From positions 63,438,464 through 63,502,463 of the forward strand of contig NC_043011.1 of the NCBI RefSeq assembly GCF_006345805.1: DNA of 64,000 nucleotides, written 5' to 3'. Shown here piece after piece: positions 47,915 to 64,000 of this stretch. Below the pieces are notes generated by a model. It was given only the letters and a program-made list of their open reading frames with translations. It was not told the DNA's origin and did no database searches. Position 1 is the first letter of the stretch; the number at the start of each line of letters is the position of its first letter. The DNA is from Octopus sinensis. Its lineage: Eukaryota. Position numbers and translations under genes: made by a program.

Positions 47915-49220
47915 CTGGCGGTGCCTGTGCTCCTTCATATAGAGGACACTATCACAATACTGGTGGCCCGCAAGTGGCACCAACAAAACTAGTGGAGTGA
48001 GGGGATGGAGGTCCAAGTCCAAGTTGAACAAGAGTGCATCAAATCCATCCTCGATTCGGTAAATGGGCCTACCTGCACTAATTGCGGATCACTATGAAGA
48101 CAGAAATCAAGATGCTACTATCGTGATCAAGATCACCTCTGTGTCTTCTGTCCTTAGAAGGAGAGACGACCTGTCCTCATGCTCACACCAGAAATTGGGG
48201 CACATCCAGTAGAGCAGCGGCAGAATCCAGTGGCCACCCAAACACCAACATCATCAACACCAGCAGCAGGAGCAGCGTTGACGCCTCCAACCGTCACCAG
48301 TGCACCACCACCAAAAGCAACAACAAAGACGCCAGCCGGAGTACCACCACTACCACCAGTAGCAGTAACACTGCCATCAGCAGCTGCCACGGAAGTAGCA
48401 GCAGGAACAGATGTACACCTACAGAACCCAAAACTACAGAATAGTCCCCATCCGATAGAAGCAGCTCGGACTGTTTGAGTACAAATGTCGAGAGAGGAGA
48501 TGACAGACCGTCTGCCCACCACAAAAAAAATGTGAAAGAAAAAGAGTAAATGGACCATAGAAGAAAAAAGATGGAGGCGAAAAGAAGCGGAACTTCTCAA
48601 CAGCATCTAACAGCATGAACACACACGAAAAAACAAACAACTACAGCACATCCACCACCATGCTTACCTTAAGCACCAACACAGTTTACATCACAAACAG
48701 ACTCCACAAACACCACCAACTTCACAGCAATCTATGCAAAAGACATACACCTAATACAGGTGAGAATAAAAACACCACATTAGCAGATTTTGTCTTCCCA
48801 CTTCACTACGGACCACCATTACACATACAAACTGTAAAACCCACCCACAACGCATCGCATTTCAAAAGAAACTTCCCAAATGCTGTTGAGACTTTTCAAA
48901 AAGACCTTCTCATAAAAACCTCTTAAAAAAACGTTTGGTGTATACATATCAGCCTATTGACCCAGACTATCCGATCCACAGGACCTCATCACACTTTTTG
49001 GTAAATATAAATTATTCTACCTCCATATCTGATGGATTGGCAGTGTAGGTACTGAAGTGCTTTTCAGGAAAGCTCTGGTTTTGAAAATGAAGGATGTGTT
49101 CCTGGACCCAAAAAGCAAGTTCGTGGTCCTACATGTCTACGGCTGTGATGGCGATGCCTTCAGACTGGTGGACTCAGATGTCTTGGCGGAAATTCCGAAC
49201 CTCGGTTCTCATTTCTAAGG
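47913..49220 (+). mobile_element. L1/Tx1-type ORF1 (zinc-knuckle-like, Pro/Thr-rich linker) and APE start
   Basis: RQKSRCYYRDQDHLCVFCP, low-complexity ORF 48179..48478, then VGTEVLFRKAL.LKMKDVFLDPKSKFVVLHV..DGDAFRLV. Confidence 0.65.
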
Positions 49221-49246
49221 TATTTTTGACGTTGTTGTTTTTCTTG

Positions 49247-49302
<56 letters not shown>

Positions 49303-49305
<3 letters not shown>

Positions 49306-51013
49306 TAGTTTTATTTTTATAGCGTGCTTTCACTTCACTACCGAGCGCAGCTCTGTGTGCCTTGGGTATGTGCTGTGATTTGTTGTGATGCTCTGATGGT
49401 TATTGTATGGAAAGTGTTCTGCGTAGGATGTGTGCAGTGCCTAGTAGTGCAATTTTCTGTATGTTATATGTGTTTGTAAGTTATGGTGTTTTTGTTATGT
49501 ATTTGTCTGAATATTTTTTTATCATGCCTAATGCACCTACTATGATAGGAATTGTTTCTGTTTTCAGATTCCACATTCTAGTTACCTCTATTTCCAGGTC
49601 TTTGTATTTTGAGAGTTTCTCCATTTCTCTTCGAGACACGTTGTCATCTGCCGGTATTGATACATCAATTAGAAAGCATTTTTTTTCTTCATGATCTCTG
49701 ACAACTATATCTGGTCTGTTGGCCTTAATTTCTCTATCTGTGTGTATCGGCATATCCCAGAGTATGGTTGCTTTCTCGTTTTCTGTGACCTTTTCTGGTG
49801 TGTGCCTATACCATCTTTTTTCTGTTGTTATTCCATAATGTTGGCATAGCTTCCAACGTATGTAGGTTCCAACTCTGTCATGTCTGTGAATATATTCCTT
49901 CTTAGCCAGGACTGGGCAGCTAGAGATAATATGATTTATTGTTTCTTGTCCATCTCCACATGTTCTGCAGTTACTTGTAATATTTCTTTTCATTACATGT
50001 TTTTGGTAATTTCTGGTGGGGAGGCTTTGGTCTTGTGCTGCAATTAAAAATCCCTCTGTTTCTGCTTTGAGTCCTGAGCTTATCAACCATTGCTGTGATT
50101 TTTCTTTGTCTATTTCTTTTGCGTTTAGTTTAGTGCAGTATTTACCATGAAGGGGCTTTTCTTGCCATCGTTTTATCATGGCTCGTTGCTGTTCTATTTT
50201 TAGTTTGGATTTCATTTGTTTTATAGCTTTTGTTGTTTCTTCATCATCTTCTTCTTCTTCTTTGTGTTTATTAGGTGGTATGATTTCTTGTTTGTATTTG
50301 TCAGCTTCCTTAAATACCGAGAACAGTTTTTTGTTTTGCTCGTGTTTTGCTGCTATCTGGATCAGTTTACCTTCCTTCTGAAGTAGGTATTTTTGCAGTC
50401 CTATGGTGGTTATATTATAGTAGTTTTCCACCTTCTATACGTTGTATATATAGTTTTTTTCTATGTCAGATTTTGGGTGATGCATCCTAGATCCTGTCAG
50501 TATTTTTCTTGTTTTCCTATCTATTTTGGACAGTTCACTTCGTGTCCAGTTAAGGATATTGTAGCTGTAACTTATAACTGGGACAGCTAAAGTGTTGATA
50601 CCTATTATCTTGTTTTTAGCATTGAGCTCTGTTTTCAGTATTGATCTAACTCGTCTATAATATTCTTTTTTTATTTTCTCTTTCATTTGTGTGTGTTGTG
50701 TCTCATCTAGTTCATCGCTTCCTAAGTATTTGTAAGTTTGGCTTTGGTCTAATTCTTTTATTTCATTGGTTTTATCTAGTGTGATGTTGTTACTCTTAAC
50801 TAGTTTTCTTCTTTTCAGTGTTACTTTGGCGCAATTTTCTAATCCAAATTTCATATCTATTTCTTTGGTAAATCCATGAACTGTCTTTAATAGTGTTTGC
50901 AGCTGTTTGTCATTTGCAGCGTATAGTTTTAGGTCATCCCTATATAAAATGTGGCTTATCGTTTTGCCGTAACATTTATATCCGCATCCAGTTCTATTTA
51001 GCATATCAGATAG
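49303..51013 (-). mobile_element. R4/Dong family a, inserted in (TTA)n
   Basis: ORFs 49481..50431 and 50435..51178 carry RT C-terminal and RLE motifs; small internal deletion at about 50430. Confidence 0.9.
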
Positions 51014-51019
51014 ATATAA

Positions 51020-51083
<64 letters not shown>

Positions 51084-51088
51084 ATTAA

Positions 51089-51149
<61 letters not shown>

Positions 51150-51152
<3 letters not shown>

Positions 51153-52410
51153 AATACCGGTTCCCATATGCTGCTCATATCGGCAGTCTGTCCCGTTAGA
51201 AGTTTGTTGTGTCCTATTATATGTGCTGCTTCACTTAGATTTCCGATTTTCTAGTGGTGTTCTCTATTATTTTAACTTATTTCCACAGGGGGAGGTCTTG
51301 TATTCAGTCTTATAATAATTCTGCTTGTCCTTACGTCGTTAATGCTTTCACGTGGTTGGATAGAACAGGATGAGAGAAGAGTCCATGACGTGATGAAAGG
51401 AGAAGGTAATTCTAACGCCTTCACGTGATTAGTTGAAGAGAAAGCAAAGACAAAAAAAATAAAGTAACTGATAAAGGAAAGCGAAGAAAAGGACAAGACG
51501 AAGCGGGAGGTAGAAGGAAAGAGAAAGAGAAAGACGGAGTGAGAAAAGACAAGCGTCAATGACATCTTGTAGGCGGCACCTAACTTCTGGCTCCAGAAAG
51601 AATGTCCGTCTTACGAGATCCAAGCCTTTCCGAAATAACAGACTGGCACCGCTTCCATATCTTGGAGATACGTACACCTTGTCATTGCTGAAATTGAGTG
51701 CGAAGAGTGGTACCTCCCAAATTCCGCAATTGTTGATGGCTAGCACATCTATGTGCAACGGCGTGAGGTCGTTGTCGAGGTGGCCCTGCTTCCAGAACGG
51801 TAAAGCAGTCCGTGTACATTTATACAGTCTATTCTGAGTGAAGCCATGTTGAATAAAGTGTCTCAAAACTGGGAAAGATCTCTTATCTTCGGCTTTTCGA
51901 AGTGCTTGCTCCATTCTTCTGTCAATTTCTTGTGTCAAAACCCTTGTGTCAAGTGCTGGGTGCTTTCCTGAGTATATAATCTCTATGATAGAATCCCTCG
52001 GTAGAGCCGCTTGCCTCGGGAATTTCTATTTTTAACATGTGTATATATTTTGGTTTATGCCTATAGTAGAGTAAATGTTTTGTTTTGAAAGTTTATTTCT
52101 CTATAATGCATGAAATTTGTGTCTTTGATGCATTTTGCTTTTTTTGTTTTTGCAGACGGATTTTCGGATGTGTTTGGCACGTTGTCTCTTAAGATGTTTA
52201 CCCAGGTTATAGAGATGATCTTGGAGGTGTTGCTGTAATTGTTGTTGTTGCTGTTGGTGGTGGTGGTGGTGATGATGGTGTCAGTGATGGTGGATTGGAT
52301 ATTACAGTGGAGATTGTTATTCATGCTAGTGTTTTGTGTGTTATGCTTCAGTGCAGTGCTTTAGAATTGCCGTTGTGGACGAAATGGTTGATATTTCTTT
52401 CTGTTTCTCC
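51150..52410 (-). mobile_element. Third direct copy of the L1/Tx1 upstream unit, truncated, with no gene following
   Basis: Homologous to 1-1260, then switches to an R4-type fragment at about 52420. Confidence 0.72.
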
Positions 52411-52419
52411 TATTCTCCA

Positions 52420-53740
52420 TCTCATGGTCACACTCAATCAAAAAATCCCATAGGGTCTTTACACTTGTATTTTCGAGAATGCCTTCATGTTTATGGTCGT
52501 ACTAATTCTTTGCTCTGTTACGTCCATACTTGTTGTAAAGTGTCCAATGGACAAGTCTGGCTATGTTGTCGTGGCGTCCCTTATATTCCATCTGGATTAT
52601 TCGTGTACATTTGTTGGTAATATGCCACACGTTTTCAATGTTTTGTCCACAGAATCTGCACTTAACAATTTCTGATGTGCTGTCTATTCTGTATTTTATG
52701 TAGTTAGTTCTTAGTGCATGCTCTTGGGCAGCACACAGTAGAGTCTCCGTTTCCTGTTTTAAATCACATTTAATCATTCACAGCCATCTTTTTATTCAGT
52801 CTGTCTTATGTTGAATATCCCTATGAATTGGTCTATGCATTCCCTTTTTTACCCACCTATTTTCAGTTTCATTTGTTTTCCATTTCTTGTTTATTGCTTT
52901 ATTTTTCAATCTTTCATCCTAAACAAATCTGACCTTATTACTTCTAGTAATAGCCCTTCTATTGCATTTTTTTCACATACAATGCTACTTTATTTTTCTT
53001 CTGATCTAATACTGTGTTCGCATCTAATAAGTCCTCTTCCTCTCTCTCTTTCTTGGTACATACAGTATCTCTGATTGACTTATTGGGTTGAATGACCCAT
53101 ATCAAGTTAGTAACGTCCTTGTGTTTCTGTCTAATCTGTGTTCTTCGTCTACTGTCTATGCAATTTACCCTGTTCATTATCTAAGTAGTGAAACCGGCCA
53201 CATGTTGATAGCTTCGATCTTATTCCGTCCATTTAATTTCGACTTAAGGATCAGTCTCAGTCTGCGCAAGTTCTCCAGCTTAAATTTTTTTGTTATTTGT
53301 TTCTCCATCAATTTATCCATTTCCAAAATCCCCAAGTACTTATAGCTCGTCTCTTCCATCTGCTTCATAAATTCCCCCGACCTTGTCTTTAGTCCGCCCA
53401 TACATTTGATTTTGATTCTCTTCTGTACTGACACGCCACACTTACTCAGTCCGTACTCCATTCGGATATCAAGACTGGGGGTATACACCGTATCAACGCG
53501 GGAAATGACTTGGTCTTCATAAAATTTCAGGTCTTCATAAAATAACAAGTGTCTGAATTGTTGTTGGTGGCTTTTAAATACATACCCAGCTTTTGCCTTC
53601 CTCAGAATCACTGTCAGTGGTATCAAGCACAGTACAAAGATCAGTGGGTACAGGCAGTCTCCTCGGAAAATAGCCTTCCTAAATTTTAGCGTCCATAAAC
53701 ATTTTCCGTATGCTGTCAGGTCCGTCCTCCTATTCGCCAT
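52420..53740 (-). mobile_element. Old R4/Dong-type RT fragment (family f)
   Basis: IFRGDCLYPLIFVLC, HLLFYEDLKFY, YKYLGILE, AAQEHALRTNY, CRFC, RHDNIARLVHW. Confidence 0.85.
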
Positions 53741-55370
53741 GCATTTTCAAAGCAATCGCTCAATATTCCATGAAATACGAAATAGGTTCATACACTCAAT
53801 AATGACATGGAGGGAAAAATTGTAAATAGTAAAAGAAAAATATAAAAAATTTCGTCCACAATGAGAATTCAAAAAAACCCCACAGATACCCAACACACAA
53901 TGTACTAACACGAACAACAATCTCCACTGTACATTACAATCCACCATCACTAAAACCATCACCAGCAACAACAACGACAAGAGTAACACCCCCAAGATCA
54001 CCTCTATTACCTGCGCCAACATCACAACAGACGACATGCCAAATATTCAGAATCATAGTATAAATTTGCATGGACTGTTGCAGTTCTGGAAGCAGGGCCA
54101 TCTTTACAACGACCTCTCATCGTTGAACATAGATGTGCTTAACATCAACAAGTCCAGAATAATAATAATTTTGATTCCAATGAGAGCGAAATGATCTAGA
54201 GTGCAAAGGAGGAGCTTAATCGCATAGGGATGGAACGCCTCATAAACGGCTAGATTGCTCCGAATATTTCCCATAAACCGAAATCGACCAATCATCAATT
54301 TCACTCAGATCGGGACAAAAGTTTCCATGTGATGGGACTGAAACTGCAACCAGCCTTGTTTTTCAAATGCACACACGTTACCCCGCATTAACGTCCGCAT
54401 TTGTCTTGATAATTATTTGCTTTGACCTGATTCTATAATGTATATTTTAGGTTTTGTCTTTTGTAAGCTTTCCATAAACTCTTCTTACATTTCTCCCACA
54501 CTTGTTCATTTGGTAGATTAACTTGCTGGGTACAGACATCAGATTGTAGAATTATATCCTGCTCAACGAAATTTTATTCATCGAATGTTACATATTCTTT
54601 GAGATTCATACGCAAATTAAACTTTTATGTCAGAGGAAAATATTAATGAAAAACTTTTAATTTGTTCATAATATTTCAACATCCAGATATTCCTTATTTT
54701 AATGCTTTTCCCACAAACATAGGATCTAACAAGTTGACGATAACACAGCAAACAATAACGTCTAGCAATCTCCTTTAATCGACTTTGGAGAAGAAATGAA
54801 AAGTAAATAATGATTATATCTTGCTACAATTTTATTGGCCAACATTTAAAACGATTGTTACTCATTTAGTGACACTTCTTCACGCTTACCCATTAATTTG
54901 AAATAAAACAACAGCAAAACAACTTGTATGTTATATACTTCTTTATATATCATTAATATTATTTCATAATGAGGGAGTTCACGTCTCAGGTTCCGAATAT
55001 TCATCACATTTGACGAGACCTGTAATGTGACAAAAATGTGTTCAATAGTGTGTTTCTAGCAGAGGCAAACTGCAGTTCTTTGAGATCAACATGTAATTAT
55101 AAATGTAATATTAAAGGAAAAAGTATTTTCAACTGATTTCTGTGCGTGTTTTTGTGTTTTAATCCACACCTCTCGAAAGCCGGTGTTTATTTGTTTACGT
55201 CCACGAATCAAAGTATTTTCAACTGATTTCTGTGCGTGTTTTTGTGTTTTAATCCTCACCTCATCGCATGCAAATTGTATTGTGTAGTGAGCGAAGACAT
55301 AAATATATAATAAGGAATAGTAAAATTTATGTTAATATTGCAATAATTACCTAATGATAAACTGCTTCCA

Positions 55371-61168
<5,798 letters not shown>

Positions 61169-61267
61169 GACTTTTCTTTTGTGTGTTATAATAAACAAAT
61201 GGAGCTTTGGCAGTCAACAATTTTATATTGACACCTGTGATGACATATAGTGTAACATGTGCCAGGC
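61169..61267 (-). promoter_or_regulatory. Putative core promoter of copy C
   Basis: Near-identical to the copy A promoter on the minus strand. Confidence 0.55.
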
Positions 61268-61677
61268 AATGGTAGAACAAAACTGCGCAATTCAATCAAG
61301 AATGTCAAAATAAATTACAAAGCGACAGTAGTTCTTTCATCTGAATATTTAATTGCCGAATATCGACTTATTCGTGGATACATAAATAAAAACTTAGAGT
61401 TGAATATTCATTTCTCTCTTTAGAAAATAATATAACCTATAGTCAATAAACGGTATCATTATTCCTTTGTGGAATGTTTATCCCTTTTTTTTTCATTCGT
61501 GTTTGATATTGTAGGGGCGCAGTATTGAAGGCTTTATTGAACAAATCTACCTCAGTACTTACCTTTTAAGTCTTCTACTGTATCTATTGTCTCTTCAACC
61601 ATATACTCTAAAGCACCAAATCTCCTGTCGATCAAAATTATAATAGTTTAAATGAAGAATTCAATCCCCGTAGCAAC

Positions 61678-63276
<1,599 letters not shown>

Positions 63277-63299
63277 CAACAACAAAAACAACAACGGCA

Positions 63300-64000
63300 A
63301 AAATACCTTAGAAATGAGAACCGAGGCTCGGATTTTCCGCCAAGACATCTGAGTCCACCAGTCTGAAGGCATCGCCATCACAGCCGTACACATGTAGGAC
63401 CACGAACTTGTTTTTTGGGTCCAGGAACACATACTTCATTTTCAAAACCAGACCTTTCCTGAAAAGCACTTCAGTACCTACACTGCCCATCCATCCGATA
63501 TTGAGATAGAATAATTTATATTTACCAAAAAGTGTGATAAGGTTCTGTGGATCGGATAGTCTGGGTCGATAGGATGATATGTATACACCAAACCTTTTTG
63601 AAGAGGTTTTTATGAGAAGGTCTTTTTGGGTCCAGGAACACATACTTAATTTTCAAAACCAGACCTTTCCTGAAAAGCACTTCAGTACCTACACTGCCCA
63701 TCCATCCGATATTGAAATAGAATAATTTATATTTACCAAAAAGTGTGATGAGGTCCCGTCGATCGGATAGTCTGGGTCGATAGGCTGATATGTATACACT
63801 AAACGGCATAAGATAACTTAAAAGCGACCTGATATGTTTGCATCCTCTTCTGATCATCACCATGTTGAAAATAAATACTTAAGTGCTGTACTTACCACTA
63901 TTGCCTTGTAGGGTGACACGTCTGGTCTTTTGTGTTGGAGATTTTCCAGAGTTTTTTTAAGAGGTTTTTATGAGAAGGTCTTTTTGGAAAGTCTCAACAG
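63300..64000 (-). mobile_element. L1/Tx1 APE fragment (inverted copy of 48883-49240) with a ~210 bp tandem reiteration
   Basis: ORFs 63308..63643 and 63522..63863 repeat LFGKYKLFY.NIGWMGSVGTEVLFRKGLVLK.KYVFLDPK; runs off the window end. Confidence 0.7.

Noticed and set aside
48179-48478. Mucin-like Pro/Thr/Ala-rich ORF
   Set aside because: Lies between a zinc-knuckle-like motif and an APE start, the usual low-complexity tail of L1/Tx1 ORF1; no splice signals linking it to the peptide gene.

Overview
AT-rich, microsatellite-dense animal genomic DNA, most likely an octopus/cephalopod. That assignment is an inference from the SINE sequences and repeat landscape and was not checked against a database. 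Most six-frame ORFs are microsatellite artefacts or decayed non-LTR retrotransposon pieces: several R4/Dong-type RT-RLE families sitting in (TAA)n tracts, and L1/Tx1-type ORF1/APE/RT remnants. The main result is invisible in the ORF track. Comparing the duplicated blocks by eye reveals a four-exon gene family encoding small (84-85 aa) secreted peptides with six cysteines (C-X7-C-X16-C-X8-C-X7/8-C-X11-C). Three copies have intact reading frames: A 1960-9744 (+), B 32658-39290 (+) and C 61168-55371 (-). Two further copies, D (~16.5 kb) and E (~47.9 kb), are broken. The signal-peptide exon is identical in A, B and C, while the mature-peptide exons differ almost only by amino-acid-changing substitutions, the pattern known from toxin, defence and recognition peptide families. 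The copies lie in a ~31 kb-period direct duplication (1-16.5 kb vs 30.7-47.9 kb) and an inverted duplication (1-11 kb vs 54.1-63.2 kb). All counts were made by hand; repeat boundaries are approximate.
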